Assembly: GCA_963665815.1 (NCBI GenBank)
Contig: OY762463.1
Coordinates: forward strand, 2,592,001-2,656,000
Length of the DNA: 64,000 nucleotides
Direction of reading: 5' to 3'
From: Candidatus Cloacimonadales bacterium
GTDB taxonomy: Bacteria; Cloacimonadota; Cloacimonadia; Cloacimonadales; JAIOQZ01
In this document: positions 1 to 10,336 of the stretch, one piece after another
Layout of the letters: each line of letters begins with the position of its first letter
Position numbering within the stretch: position 1 is the stretch's first letter
The notes under the pieces: model-generated
The model's input: only the letters and a program-made list of their open reading frames with translations
Database searches by the model: none
Told to the model about the DNA's origin: nothing
Translations under genes and position numbers: made by a program

Positions 1-929
1 AACTCATTGATTGCTTCTTCATATTCAGCTGAAAGATCACCCAGACTTATTCTTTTATCAAAAGACACACTTGAAAGATTTTCAATTCTTTCCCAGAAAT
101 CAAACACAATTGTATCTATTGATCTCAGTTCCTTTCCCAATAACTCAAAATTCTTCTTTGTATTCAGCAGTTTATCCAGCTTGCTTTCAATATTTTCATC
201 TTGAGCTATTTCTTTGTACTCATTAACAAATTTGTGTATATAATCATTTTCATTGTTCATTTCAAGTATCATACTTTCAAGATTATCAACCAGAATATCT
301 TTCTTTTTGCTATCTGTATCTACAACCTTAAGATTCATTATTATCAATTTCAGCTGTTTTCTAAAACTGAGGGCTCTGTTAACATTATCCCGGAGCTTAA
401 TCATTTCATTGTTCAGCAAAGATACATTCTCACTGATTCTGTTTTCTTTATTGAAAATCATAGAATTGTGAAACTCTTTAAATCCTTCTTCGTATTCTTT
501 AATGTTTCCTGATATGTTCTTCAGACTTCCGGCAAGATTATTAAAGTACGTATAATCTCCATAAACTTCATTTAACTCTTTTAATGTGTTGTTAATTTCT
601 ATAGCAGCTGTAAGTAATTCTTTTCTATACTTATTTATAAGATTATCAGATTGCTCAATTCTCTTGAATTTTCTGGATGTTTCACGTAAAACATCATCGG
701 AGATTTTTAGAAAAACATCTGAAACATAATTTGCATATTCGTTAGTATCGGAACTTTTTTTTACTATCTTTTTAATTTCAAGAACAAGGTTATTCAAGTC
801 TTCGTACTTATCAGCAATATCAATTTCATCTAAGCTCATTTCACCTTTTTTCAAGGCAGTCTGTATATCCCTGATACTCTTCTTCATCTCATCAAGAGAC
901 ACATTTACGTCTCGTGCATCTTTCCACAT
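1..929 (-). CDS. Hypothetical coiled-coil-rich protein, partial (runs off window start)
   Basis: Manual translation from ATG at 929 (MWKDARDVNVSLDEMKKSIRDIQ...) stays open to position 1; E/K/L-rich; directly follows the DUF116 gene stop. Absent from ORF track because it has no stop in the window. Confidence 0.8.
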   Translation of the reverse strand, partial: MWKDARDVNVSLDEMKKSIRDIQTALKKGEMSLDEIDIADKYEDLNNLVLEIKKIVKKSSDTNEYANYVSDVFLKISDDVLRETSRKFKRIEQSDNLINKYRKELLTAAIEINNTLKELNEVYGDYTYFNNLAGSLKNISGNIKEYEEGFKEFHNSMIFNKENRISENVSLLNNEMIKLRDNVNRALSFRKQLKLIIMNLKVVDTDSKKKDILVDNLESMILEMNNENDYIHKFVNEYKEIAQDENIESKLDKLLNTKKNFELLGKELRSIDTIVFDFWERIENLSSVSFDKRISLGDLSAEYEEAINE

Positions 930-930
930 A

Positions 931-1686
931 TTACGTCCTTATTACTGATTTAATTACTTCTTCAATACTTTTAACGCCTACGACTGTATTTATGCATGGC
1001 CCTTCAGGACGTTCATTCAGCAATCCGTAAACGGGTATAGGAAAAACATCTTTTATTCCATCTACGAGATCTCTTTCACAGGCAACAGCAATAATAAACC
1101 TGGGACGCACATTCATTATAATACGCCTTGCAAGTGTTCCACCTGTTGCAATTGCGAGATTAACACCATATTTCTCTTTCAAAGTTATTATTTCACCAAT
1201 ATTGCATCTTCCGCATTTTACACAGTTTTCAAAGTTATAAGTCAACCTGTAAGGACAATCATAATTCTGAATGCAGTGCGGTAGCAAAATGAGTATTTTA
1301 TCTGGCTTTACTTTTAGTTTTTTAATAAATGAATTGTTTACATGTACAAATGAGTTCCTGATTTTTTCTCTTGATATTCCTATTATCCTGCCGAGAAATA
1401 TGGTTATGGGAAACAAAAACTGTATTGTCAATCTGACAGCAAAAGAAGAAACAAGCAAGTTATATCTGGAATATGAAGTTATAAAAATAAGTAATATTCC
1501 CAGCAATACTATTATATAAAAAATTCTCAATGAAGTTAGAATGACAGTTGCAAAAATAGATGAAATTTCATGAAGACGCGGAGATACAAAATACCATAGA
1601 ATAGTTGTTACAAACATCATCAAAATTAATGATAATGCAAAAAGCAAAAGAAATAAATGCTTATTACTCTTGAATAAACTTCTCAT
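931..1686 (-). CDS. DUF116 family membrane protein
   Basis: LLPHC, CVKCGRC, ATGGTLAR, AVACERDL and GPCINT motifs; N-terminal TM helices; ATG at 1686 preferred over the track start. Confidence 0.85.
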   Translation of the reverse strand: MRSLFKSNKHLFLLLFALSLILMMFVTTILWYFVSPRLHEISSIFATVILTSLRIFYIIVLLGILLIFITSYSRYNLLVSSFAVRLTIQFLFPITIFLGRIIGISREKIRNSFVHVNNSFIKKLKVKPDKILILLPHCIQNYDCPYRLTYNFENCVKCGRCNIGEIITLKEKYGVNLAIATGGTLARRIIMNVRPRFIIAVACERDLVDGIKDVFPIPVYGLLNERPEGPCINTVVGVKSIEEVIKSVIRT

Positions 1687-2605
1687 TTTCTGATATTCTT
1701 GCTCCCAGATTAAATTCAAATGATTTCATAATCTTCTTACCTTCTCTTTGAACCTCAGTAACGGATACAACTTTATCCTGACACTTAACCAGAATACCTT
1801 CATCTCTGGTAACTCTCAAAATTGTACCTGGTTCCACATCAGATTCTATATCGGAAGGTCTTACCTTAATCAGCTTAACTCGTTTACCTCTCAATAAGGT
1901 AAATGCTCCAGGTTTAGGCGCATAAGCCCTTATGGTATTCATGATTTCATCAGCCGATTTGCTCCAGTCTATCTGCGCATTGTTAAATATCTTTTCACAA
2001 TATGATGCTTCAGAATGATTCTGCTTTTTTAGATAATCAAATCCATCTCTTTTCAGAATCTCAAGTGCAGATATCATATCCTCCGCCCCATGATTCGACA
2101 ATCTGTCATGAAGCATACCATAATCCTCATTAACACCAATCTCCGTTTTCCATTGATAAATTATCGGTCCGGCATCCATTTTTCTTGTCATTCGATATAT
2201 TGTATTTCCAGTAAATTTATCACCGTTAATTATTGCCGAACGTATAGGAGATGCTCCTCTGAAATACGGTAAAAGCGAAGGATGAAGATTCCAACAACCA
2301 TATTTTGGTAAATCCAGTACATTTTTCTTTAAATAACCACCATATGCGGCTGTAATTATCACATCTGGACCAATATCACTAATTTTTTCTAAAACCTCGT
2401 CAGAATTAATATTTGAAGGCTGGATTATCTCAAGACCAAGCTCAATACCCGTTTTTTTTACTTCAGGAAAGCTAATTTTCTGCTTTCTTCCCTTTTTTTT
2501 GTCAGGCTGAGTAATTATTAACTCTATTGAATATTTCTCATTAAGAATTTTTAAAACTGGAACTGAAAACTCAGGAGTACCACAAAAAATTATTTTATTG
2601 ATCAT
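1664..2605 (-). CDS. fmt: Methionyl-tRNA formyltransferase
   Basis: FCGTPEFS, NLHPSLLPYFRGASPI, MDAGPI motifs; next to def. Confidence 0.97.
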   Translation of the reverse strand: MINKIIFCGTPEFSVPVLKILNEKYSIELIITQPDKKKGRKQKISFPEVKKTGIELGLEIIQPSNINSDEVLEKISDIGPDVIITAAYGGYLKKNVLDLPKYGCWNLHPSLLPYFRGASPIRSAIINGDKFTGNTIYRMTRKMDAGPIIYQWKTEIGVNEDYGMLHDRLSNHGAEDMISALEILKRDGFDYLKKQNHSEASYCEKIFNNAQIDWSKSADEIMNTIRAYAPKPGAFTLLRGKRVKLIKVRPSDIESDVEPGTILRVTRDEGILVKCQDKVVSVTEVQREGKKIMKSFEFNLGARISENEKFIQE

Positions 2606-3164
2606 AAACGCGAATATTATTACCGTCAGAATCTGTTGTACTTTCTATTTGACGAATTTTCTTTTTTAATGGAATTAATTTTAACTTAGACAATCTTTGA
2701 GTAAATAAAATACCATCAAGGTGATCATTTTCATGCTGTAGAACAACACCAAAGTATTCTTCAGCTTCAATGACGAATTCTTTACCTTCAATATTCTGAG
2801 CTTTCATGACTACTTTATTTGCTCGTTTCACATCTTCGTAGATTCCCGGGAGACTCAGACAGCCTTCCTGGTATGTATAAACACCTTCGCTTTCCAGGAT
2901 TTCAGGATTTATGAATACCAGCGGATTCTTTTTCTTTGTCTCGAAATACATAGGATCCACAACAAAGATTCTTTTAGAAACACCAACCTGAGGAGCAGCT
3001 AAACCTGCCCCGTCTTTGATATACATTGTATGAAGCATATCTTCAACAAACTCTCTGAGATCCTGATTGAACTCAGTTACAGGTTCAGCTACCAGATTGA
3101 GGACCTTATCCCCAATCATTCTGATATCGAGTAATTTAGGATTTCTCTTCGTTTTTTTCTTCAT
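2595..3164 (-). CDS. def: Peptide deformylase
   Basis: GAGLAAPQVG, EGCLS, QHENDHLDG motifs. Confidence 0.97.
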   Translation of the reverse strand: MKKKTKRNPKLLDIRMIGDKVLNLVAEPVTEFNQDLREFVEDMLHTMYIKDGAGLAAPQVGVSKRIFVVDPMYFETKKKNPLVFINPEILESEGVYTYQEGCLSLPGIYEDVKRANKVVMKAQNIEGKEFVIEAEEYFGVVLQHENDHLDGILFTQRLSKLKLIPLKKKIRQIESTTDSDGNNIRVYDQ

Positions 3165-3549
3165 TCATTACTCCTGCAATTGCTTGTCTTTGAAACTCTA
3201 TTTTTGTATTAGTAGTATCATCAACTCTGACCACAACAGTATTCTTATCTTTTTTAATATTAACTACTTTTCCAATCATACCGGCATTAGTTACAACAAC
3301 ATCATTGATTTTAAGAGCATTCTGCATCTCATCAACTTTTTTCTGCTGTTTTTTCTGTGGCCTAATAATAAGAAAATAAAAAGAGAGAATTATAACACCA
3401 AACATAATAAATGTGAAATATGGTGATTGTTGAGGTTTTTTAGCAGTATCCTGAACTTCATCAACAGGTGCATCAGGGTCAATATCCTGTGCAAAAAGAA
3501 CAGGGCTTATTAGTAATATAGCAATTACAAAAAACATTAAATATTTCAT
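3136..3549 (-). CDS. yajC: Preprotein translocase subunit YajC with N-terminal signal-like extension
   Basis: FYFLIIRPQKKQQK, VVTNAGMIGKV, IEFQRQAI motifs. Confidence 0.9.
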   Translation of the reverse strand: MKYLMFFVIAILLISPVLFAQDIDPDAPVDEVQDTAKKPQQSPYFTFIMFGVIILSFYFLIIRPQKKQQKKVDEMQNALKINDVVVTNAGMIGKVVNIKKDKNTVVVRVDDTTNTKIEFQRQAIAGVMNEEKNEEKS

Positions 3550-3558
3550 TTTATCTCC

Positions 3559-4041
3559 TTAGACTAATTTTTCTATAAATGGTATTAATAATAACAAACG
3601 TATTATTATGTTAGATACAAAACCTGCAAGTAAATCATCTGCCATAATTCCGTAACCACCTCTTAAGTCTTGTATCTTATTTATTGGATAAGGCTTGAGA
3701 ATATCAAATATTCTGAAAAGCACAAATCCAGCTATCATAACGAACAGACTTTTTGGAAGCAGAATTACTGACAAGTAATAACCTGCAAATTCGTCAATTA
3801 TAATTCTTTTATCATCATGACCAAGTGATTTCTCCGCTTCAAATGCAGAGATAGTTCCAATTACACTTATAAACGCAACACCGGTTAAACTGAGATACCA
3901 GTATTCCCCATACATGGAAAGAACTGATTCAGGAATAAGCCAGTAGAAACATAAAGCAAAGAGGCTGCCGAAAGTTCCGGGAGCCACTGGAAAATAACCT
4001 GTACCAAAGCAGGTTGATATAAATATACTTAATTTACGCAC
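3559..4041 (-). CDS. pgpA: Phosphatidylglycerophosphatase A
   Basis: APGTFGS, IIIDEFAG, FRIFDILKPYPI, GIMADDLLAG motifs; GTG start. Confidence 0.93.
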   Translation of the reverse strand: MRKLSIFISTCFGTGYFPVAPGTFGSLFALCFYWLIPESVLSMYGEYWYLSLTGVAFISVIGTISAFEAEKSLGHDDKRIIIDEFAGYYLSVILLPKSLFVMIAGFVLFRIFDILKPYPINKIQDLRGGYGIMADDLLAGFVSNIIIRLLLLIPFIEKLV

Positions 4042-5301
4042 TTACAGTAAAACCTCTATAAATTTCTCACTTTTCAATTCTTCAATAAGCTCTCTGTATA
4101 GCTCTTCCTGCTTTTTAGAAGTCACAGCTGATCTTAATTGATCTTCCAATTCATTGAACTTGAATTTTCTTTCAGGAATCTTTTCAATTTTCGTAAGTAT
4201 GTAGAAAATATCGCCTTCATTTACTACTTCAGAATATTCACCATAACCAAGTTTATTCAATCTTTCTTTGAAAAGCTCAGGGTATTCATCCTTTGAAAAC
4301 TCACCCATAACTCCACCTTTTACAGCGGTAGAATCATCTTCGGAGAATTTAGCAGCAATTTCAGCAAAGTCTCCCCCATCTCTCAATTGCTTTAAAAGAT
4401 TATTCATGAGAATTCTTTCAGCTTCATAGTCGTTCTCAGATTTCTCAAGTTTCTTAAGTATATGTTGTACTTTGATTTCTCCGTCTTTTTTCTCGTTTAC
4501 TTTTATAATATGATAGCCAAACTGAGTTTCAACAATTTCAGAAACTTCACCTTCCATTAATGCAAATGCAGCATCTTCAAAAGGTTTCACAGTTGCTCCT
4601 CTGCTAACAAAACCCAGATCTCCACCATTCTTGCTACTTGGACATTCACTTTCATTTTTTGCAAGTTTATCAAAGCTTTCGCCTTTACGGATTTTTTCCA
4701 GAATTTCATGGATTTCTTTATATTTCTTATCCTTAGTAGCTTTACCAACTTTAACTTCTCTCATAATAAAACCAATTTTATCTTTTTCGGGTCTAAGAGG
4801 TATTGTACTGATATTTTCTCTATAATATTCTTCAATTTCAGCTTCAGTAATATGAACTTTCCTACTTATATTCTGACTGATAATTCTCTGTTTCAGTTCT
4901 TCTTCTCTTATATTTTCAGATATTGTCTGTTTAAGATCAGAAATCTTCATTCCTGCATTTTTCAGCTCTTGATTAAACTCAGCTTCACTTCTGAAACGTC
5001 CTTTAATTTCTTCAAGCTGACTATCTACCTGCTTGAGTATTTTCAGTTCATCAATATTAAAACTCTCTTCCTTTGCCTTCTGAATAACAAGTCTTGTCTC
5101 AATCATGTTGTTAAGAATATCAGCTTCATCAAGTTTGGATTCTTCAATTCCCATACTCTTAAGCTGTGCAATCCTCATTTTTAATTCAGATTCCAGGATA
5201 ATTTCTCTTCCTACTTTTGCTACGATTCTGTCCAGCTCAACAGCATTAAGACCGGTTAATACCAGAATCATTAATAATATAAGCGATTTTAAATGTTTCA
5301 T
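4042..5301 (-). CDS. surA: SurA-like periplasmic chaperone/PPIase
   Basis: Signal peptide, DRIVAKV SurA N-terminus, two parvulin domains (SECPSSKNGGDLG...TQFGYHII; SEDDSTAVKGG). Confidence 0.88.
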   Translation of the reverse strand: MKHLKSLILLMILVLTGLNAVELDRIVAKVGREIILESELKMRIAQLKSMGIEESKLDEADILNNMIETRLVIQKAKEESFNIDELKILKQVDSQLEEIKGRFRSEAEFNQELKNAGMKISDLKQTISENIREEELKQRIISQNISRKVHITEAEIEEYYRENISTIPLRPEKDKIGFIMREVKVGKATKDKKYKEIHEILEKIRKGESFDKLAKNESECPSSKNGGDLGFVSRGATVKPFEDAAFALMEGEVSEIVETQFGYHIIKVNEKKDGEIKVQHILKKLEKSENDYEAERILMNNLLKQLRDGGDFAEIAAKFSEDDSTAVKGGVMGEFSKDEYPELFKERLNKLGYGEYSEVVNEGDIFYILTKIEKIPERKFKFNELEDQLRSAVTSKKQEELYRELIEELKSEKFIEVLL

Positions 5302-6122
5302 AAAGCCCCCATAATTTCGATATCTGCACTTTCTTTCAAGTCATCTAATTTATTATTTATAATATCTTTCTGTTTCAATGCCATGAGTGTTTCCTCAATT
5401 TCTTCTTTCACGTTATTATATTCTTTTACAGCTTCAATTTTCCTGTTATCATAATATCTTACTATCTCATAATGATCAGGTAATTCAACATAACCGTAAT
5501 AATATTTTCCCTTTAATTCACCAAGTTTATTCCATACTATAGGATCAAGATCTTTTCTCGATTTGAATCCAAGATATCCGTCTTTGGAAGCCATATTATC
5601 TTCAGAATATCTTCTCGCTGCATCTTTGAATTTCATTCCAGCATTAAGGCTATCAAGAACAATCTTAAGCTTGCTTTTATTTTTGATCGTTATTCTCTGA
5701 ACTTTATACTGTGTCACCATATGAGCAAAATCTGCAGAATGAGCTCTGTAATATGAAAACTTTTCTTCCTCTGTCAGTTCAAAATCACTTAAAAAAGAGT
5801 TTATATATGAATTAGCAAGAATTTTTGTTCCGGCATTTTCAATCTTCTTCTTAATCACATGATTATCATTATAACCGAGTTCAATGCTCTTAAGAGCAAA
5901 AAGTTGAAGAGAAATCCAGTTGTCAATAAATCCCGATTTATCCTTTTGTTTCATTTGCTTCCAGTCATTCATTCCTATCATGGAATCAATATCCTGTAAG
6001 GTAAGATAAGAATTATTTACTCGGGCAATAAAGTTTTCAGGTACTTCTTCTTTTTTACCACAGCCTGATATTACCAGTACTATAGTAATAATTAACAGAA
6101 AAAATGCAGTATGTTTCATCAT
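5298..6122 (-). CDS. PpiC/parvulin-type lipoprotein foldase
   Basis: Lipobox ISGC, IARVN, FKDAARRYSED...DGYLGF parvulin motif. Confidence 0.8.
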   Translation of the reverse strand: MMKHTAFFLLIITIVLVISGCGKKEEVPENFIARVNNSYLTLQDIDSMIGMNDWKQMKQKDKSGFIDNWISLQLFALKSIELGYNDNHVIKKKIENAGTKILANSYINSFLSDFELTEEEKFSYYRAHSADFAHMVTQYKVQRITIKNKSKLKIVLDSLNAGMKFKDAARRYSEDNMASKDGYLGFKSRKDLDPIVWNKLGELKGKYYYGYVELPDHYEIVRYYDNRKIEAVKEYNNVKEEIEETLMALKQKDIINNKLDDLKESADIEIMGAL

Positions 6123-7306
6123 TCATTATCCAGATAGTTGGTGTAAATCAGCTCCAGTTTAGGATTTTCAAATTTTATTCTGTTGAAATTTGAACTGGTT
6201 GTTGTTGATCGGATAACAATACCATGATTTGTATAGATATTTGATACAAAATACTGAAGCATAGGACTGATATCAACTGATAACTCAGTATCATCCTTTT
6301 CAAATTCAGAAATTTTTATTCTTGATAACAAAGTGAAATGTGTACCTATTTCTAACGGTACCTGCATTGTATCAGGATCTACATAAACCATGTAAGCTAC
6401 CAGATTAACATTTGATGTTGATATATCAGTTTCAAGAGGGTCTATATCGAAAACAAGTCTTGCTGAATTAATTGCAACTTGCTTCATATTTACAGTGTCA
6501 TTTACAATTCCATTAGCCTGAAATAGACTGTCGCTGAAATCAATATTCAGATAAACTGATTGAGGTAAAATGTTTTGTATCTTTAATTCATCGATTTTTT
6601 CTGTACTGATATCATTAGGAATAATAAAAGCATCAGAAGTAGCATATAGAGTATCAATTATTTCAGAGTCATTTTTAACAACCATCATGGGAATAGAGCT
6701 GCTTTCTGAGGAATAGAATAGAAAATCAGTATCAAATGATTCGGTGTAAAAAGCAAGTCCGAAATTACCTGTTTCAGAACTTAAACTATCTGTTAATTCG
6801 TTATATTGTATATTGATAGTTAAAGTTTCAGTTGAATCAATAATACTTTTTTCGAAATCATATGTAAAATCAAGATCTTCCAGAAATGGATATTCCCAGC
6901 TGTAATTAGAATCTGAAGTTGTATATCTGTATTCATATGAAGATGTAGATTCTGACCAATTTTGATTAATCATTCCACCACTGATATTCATTGAAGAATG
7001 ATCGTCATAATCAGTATTTACTCCTGTGAGAATGATCTCTATATCAGACCACTGAACACTATCGTCAATTGTTGGGAACTTTATTAGTGAATATGTCATT
7101 AAAGTATCAGTTTTACCAATTACCATTGTTGTTGAGTTTTTGTTAACAAAGTTTTCCTGATAAGAATATGATTCGATAATATCAAGATTTTCAATTGTTT
7201 TTTTAACAGGTACTACATTGTTATCAATGTTGCCTGTAATGTTTGATTTATCAGAGCAGGAAAAAATTATTAAAGCTGCTGCTAAAAGAATCAGAATTTT
7301 TTTCAT
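6119..7306 (-). CDS. Acidic lipoprotein of unknown function
   Basis: Lipobox IFSC, D/E/S/T-rich beta-type sequence, C-terminal PKLELIYT. Confidence 0.75.
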   Translation of the reverse strand: MKKILILLAAALIIFSCSDKSNITGNIDNNVVPVKKTIENLDIIESYSYQENFVNKNSTTMVIGKTDTLMTYSLIKFPTIDDSVQWSDIEIILTGVNTDYDDHSSMNISGGMINQNWSESTSSYEYRYTTSDSNYSWEYPFLEDLDFTYDFEKSIIDSTETLTINIQYNELTDSLSSETGNFGLAFYTESFDTDFLFYSSESSSIPMMVVKNDSEIIDTLYATSDAFIIPNDISTEKIDELKIQNILPQSVYLNIDFSDSLFQANGIVNDTVNMKQVAINSARLVFDIDPLETDISTSNVNLVAYMVYVDPDTMQVPLEIGTHFTLLSRIKISEFEKDDTELSVDISPMLQYFVSNIYTNHGIVIRSTTTSSNFNRIKFENPKLELIYTNYLDNE

Positions 7307-7309
7307 TAT

Positions 7310-7564
7310 TATTCCTTATTACAATAATATACTATTTAAGATATAAATATAGTTGTAGTAGTAGACAGTGTGTATATGAGTATAACCATGTTTCATTGAT
7401 GATAATTCTCTGTTATGATGTTATTTAGAAAATTATATTTATTCAATTTTGCTTGTGGATAACTCATTTTACTCATTGTGCTTATACACATAACAACTTT
7501 TTTCATATTTTTAAACGCTGTTATCCACATCTTGTTACAGTTGTCAATGTGAATATGTGGATAA
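7310..7564. other. oriC part downstream of dnaA: DnaA boxes, DnaA-trios and AT-rich unwinding element
   Basis: Consensus boxes TGTGGATAA 7454-7462, TTATACACA 7482-7490, TTATCCACA 7521-7529, TGTGGATAA 7556-7564; near-consensus TGTGTATAT 7369-7377; TAG-TTG-TAG-TAG-TAG 7350-7364; AT-rich 7310-7349. Confidence 0.88.
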
Positions 7565-8908
7565 TTAATTTCCGGAGTCATTTTTTATCTCTTTTATAAG
7601 CAGTTCTATCTGAATTCTAAGCTTGTTATCAGTGCGAAACTGGTTGTCTATCATCTTCTTTGCGTGAAGCACTGTTGTGTGATCTTTGCGGTGATAATAG
7701 CTGGCTATTTCCTTTAAGGATATTTGTGGAATAAGCAGATTAGACAGATACATGGCAACTTGTCTCGGAAATGCAATATTCTTCTTTCTGGTCTTATCTA
7801 CTATCTGTACAGGAGTAATATTGTAGATATCACAAACCTTATGCATAATAGTATCCAGATTGATTGTCTGAATCTTTTCAGATATCATATCTGATAGAAT
7901 ATCTTTTGCAACATTCAGATCAATATCAGAGACGTCATAATTGTTATAAGATGCATAAGCAAGCAGTCTGATCATTGATCCTTCCAGAGCTCTGATACTT
8001 GAAAAAACATTTTCCGCAATGTAATCCGTTACTTCCGGTTGAAGTTCAATTCCTTCGTTTTCTGCTTTTTTACGTAAAATGGCAGCACGAGTTTCAAAAT
8101 CAGGACTTTTAAGATCCGCCAGTAATCCCCATTCGAATCTTGTAACAAGTCTTTTCTCAAGATCATGTATTTCCTTTAATGGTCTGTCACTCGTCAGAAC
8201 AATTTGTTTCTTATTTTCATATAACGCATTGAATGTATGAAAGAACTCTTCTTGAGTACCCTCTTTCTTTGCCAGGAAATGAATATCATCCACCAGAAGA
8301 AGATCAACATTCCTGAATTTGTTACGGAAGGCTGACATTGATTTATTTTGAATTGCTTCAATCATTTCGGTAGTAAACTTTTCACTTGTTGTGTAATATA
8401 CAACTAAGTTACTGCCTTCTTCTTCAACAAAGTTACCTATAGCCTGCATCAGGTGGGTCTTACCCATTCCTGATTCACCGTAAATAAACAGCGGATTGTA
8501 TATTGTACCCGGTGATTCTGCAACAGCCATGGAAGCTGAATGCGCAAAATTATTGCTCTTCCCTACAACAAACTGCTCGAATGTGTATTTATCATTCAGT
8601 TTTGTCTGAAGCTGAATTCTCTTTTTATTCTTAATCTCATTGTTCTTCTTAATAATCTGATTTGTAGAGTTTAAGAATCTTACTTTATACTTTCTTTTAT
8701 ATAAACCATAAGATATTTCTGACAGTAATACAGTGTAATTCTGATTCAGATAATCTGCTGCAAATTTCGTAGGCACTTTTACGTACATAGTATTATTATC
8801 GATTTGCATTAAAGTTGTATCGCTGAACCAGGTTTTAAAACTCTGACTGTTAATATGATCTTCAAGCTTATTTAGAATATTTTGCCATATATCCTGATCT
8901 CTTTCCAT
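7565..8908 (-). CDS. dnaA: Chromosomal replication initiator DnaA
   Basis: YNPLFIYGESGMGKTHL Walker A, LLVDDIHF, EEFFHTFN, PRQVAMYL, KDHTTVLHA. Confidence 0.99.
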   Translation of the reverse strand: MERDQDIWQNILNKLEDHINSQSFKTWFSDTTLMQIDNNTMYVKVPTKFAADYLNQNYTVLLSEISYGLYKRKYKVRFLNSTNQIIKKNNEIKNKKRIQLQTKLNDKYTFEQFVVGKSNNFAHSASMAVAESPGTIYNPLFIYGESGMGKTHLMQAIGNFVEEEGSNLVVYYTTSEKFTTEMIEAIQNKSMSAFRNKFRNVDLLLVDDIHFLAKKEGTQEEFFHTFNALYENKKQIVLTSDRPLKEIHDLEKRLVTRFEWGLLADLKSPDFETRAAILRKKAENEGIELQPEVTDYIAENVFSSIRALEGSMIRLLAYASYNNYDVSDIDLNVAKDILSDMISEKIQTINLDTIMHKVCDIYNITPVQIVDKTRKKNIAFPRQVAMYLSNLLIPQISLKEIASYYHRKDHTTVLHAKKMIDNQFRTDNKLRIQIELLIKEIKNDSGN

Positions 8909-8929
8909 TTTCTATCCTAATAAATATTA

Positions 8930-9175
8930 ATTTATCCACAAAGTTATTAACATAGTTTGAATTCATTCTAATTGTTTAATAGATAGTTAATTATATCAAC
9001 AATCCTTACTATGTTGAGAAGACTTATCCACATATTGTGTATACATAATGTGGAAAGCTTTGAAATAGCTTTGCAGTACAGCACTTCATGCAAAATTGCT
9101 GTGCTGTGGGATTTTGTCAAGCTATGAAACATTATCTGAAAATATGATTATAATTTATTTTATTTTTCACAACTA
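8930..9175. promoter_or_regulatory. DnaA-box cluster upstream of dnaA (autoregulation / second oriC part)
   Basis: TTATCCACA 8932-8940 and 9024-9032, TTTTTCACA 9163-9171; one-mismatch boxes TGTGTATAC 9036-9044 and TGTGGAAAG 9049-9057. Confidence 0.82.
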
Positions 9176-9373
9176 TATTATTTTATTGTAGAGCAACTAC
9201 TTATAAAAAGTATGTAAAAACAGATGAAAACAGACTTAGTATAGATAATTCACTGATGTTAAAGTCTTAAAAAAAAAATATCTTGTTGAAAATTACATGT
9301 CTATTTTTGTTGACTGTTAAAATAAACATAATATTTTTAAACTTAAGAAGATAGATGAAATTTTGAGGATAAA

Positions 9374-9820
9374 ATGAAAATTATAAAAAACAGAAAAGCA
9401 TTTCATGAGTATTTCATTATTGATACATATGAAGCTGGAATTGTACTGGTTGGTACGGAAATAAAATCCATCAGACAAGGTAAAATTAATTTTAAGGATT
9501 CTTACGCAAAAATAGATGATAATAATGAGGTCTGGTTAGAGAATATGCATATTTCCATTTACGATAAAGGTACTCATTTTAATCATAAACCTGAACGTAG
9601 CAGGAAACTTCTTCTTTCTAAAAGAGAGATTAAGAAGCTAAAGCAGAAAGTAGATGAAAAAGGTATGACTCTGGTTCCTACTGATCTTCATATTACAGAA
9701 AATGGGCTTGCAAAAATCAGTCTTGGACTTGCAAAAGGTAAACACACTTATGATAAACGAGACACTCTTCAAAAGAAAGATATGAAAAGAGATCTGGAAA
9801 GAAAATTGAAGAGCTACTAA
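9374..9820 (+). CDS. smpB: SsrA-binding protein
   Basis: NRKAFHEY, EAGIVLVGTEIKSIR, RKLLL, GKHTYDKR. Confidence 0.97.
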   Translation: MKIIKNRKAFHEYFIIDTYEAGIVLVGTEIKSIRQGKINFKDSYAKIDDNNEVWLENMHISIYDKGTHFNHKPERSRKLLLSKREIKKLKQKVDEKGMTLVPTDLHITENGLAKISLGLAKGKHTYDKRDTLQKKDMKRDLERKLKSY

Positions 9821-9832
9821 AACTTTTGTAAA

Positions 9833-10336
9833 ATGAAAAAGAGAATAATACTGATTGGATTTATGGGAGCGGGGAAGAGTTACACCGGAAAATGGCTTTA
9901 TGAGAAAACAGGAATTCCATTTGAAGATACTGACAGTATTATAGAAAAAGAAACAGGTTTATCAGTTAAGCAGATTTTTCAAGACAGGGGAGAAGTCGGT
10001 TTCAGACAGATCGAAGCAGATATATTCTCTGATCTTCCTCAGGGCATTATTGCAGCCGGTGGTGGATGCATCCTTACAGAATCTATTCGAGAGATACTCA
10101 AAAAAGATGAAAACCTTGTAATATGGTTGAATACTAGTTGGTCTACTATATTAGGCAGGATAATGTGTTCTGATCGCCCTCTGGTAAAAAAAAGCAGTGA
10201 AGAACAACTCCACTGCCTTTATCAAAATAGGATTCCTTTATATGAGGAATGTGCTGATTTAGTAATCGATAATTCTGATGAAAATATAAGTAAGTTCATT
10301 ACAATTATAAAACAACACTTTTCTGATATTCAATAA
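9833..10336 (+). CDS. aroK: Shikimate kinase
   Basis: [25 protein letters not shown] motifs. Confidence 0.93.
   Translation: MKKRIILIGFMGAGKSYTGKWLYEKTGIPFEDTDSIIEKETGLSVKQIFQDRGEVGFRQIEADIFSDLPQGIIAAGGGCILTESIREILKKDENLVIWLNTSWSTILGRIMCSDRPLVKKSSEEQLHCLYQNRIPLYEECADLVIDNSDENISKFITIIKQHFSDIQ

Noticed and set aside
7-512. Four short plus-strand ORFs
   Set aside because: Shadows of the long open minus-strand frame 1-929
7243-7581. ORFs 7243-7428 (+) and 7393-7581 (-)
   Set aside because: They overlie the DnaA-box/trio region; peptides such as YPH/WIT are translations of DnaA boxes
8909-9373. Possible rpmH or ssrA next to dnaA/smpB
   Set aside because: No MKRT-type ORF and no tmRNA-like GGGG...CCACCA ends seen
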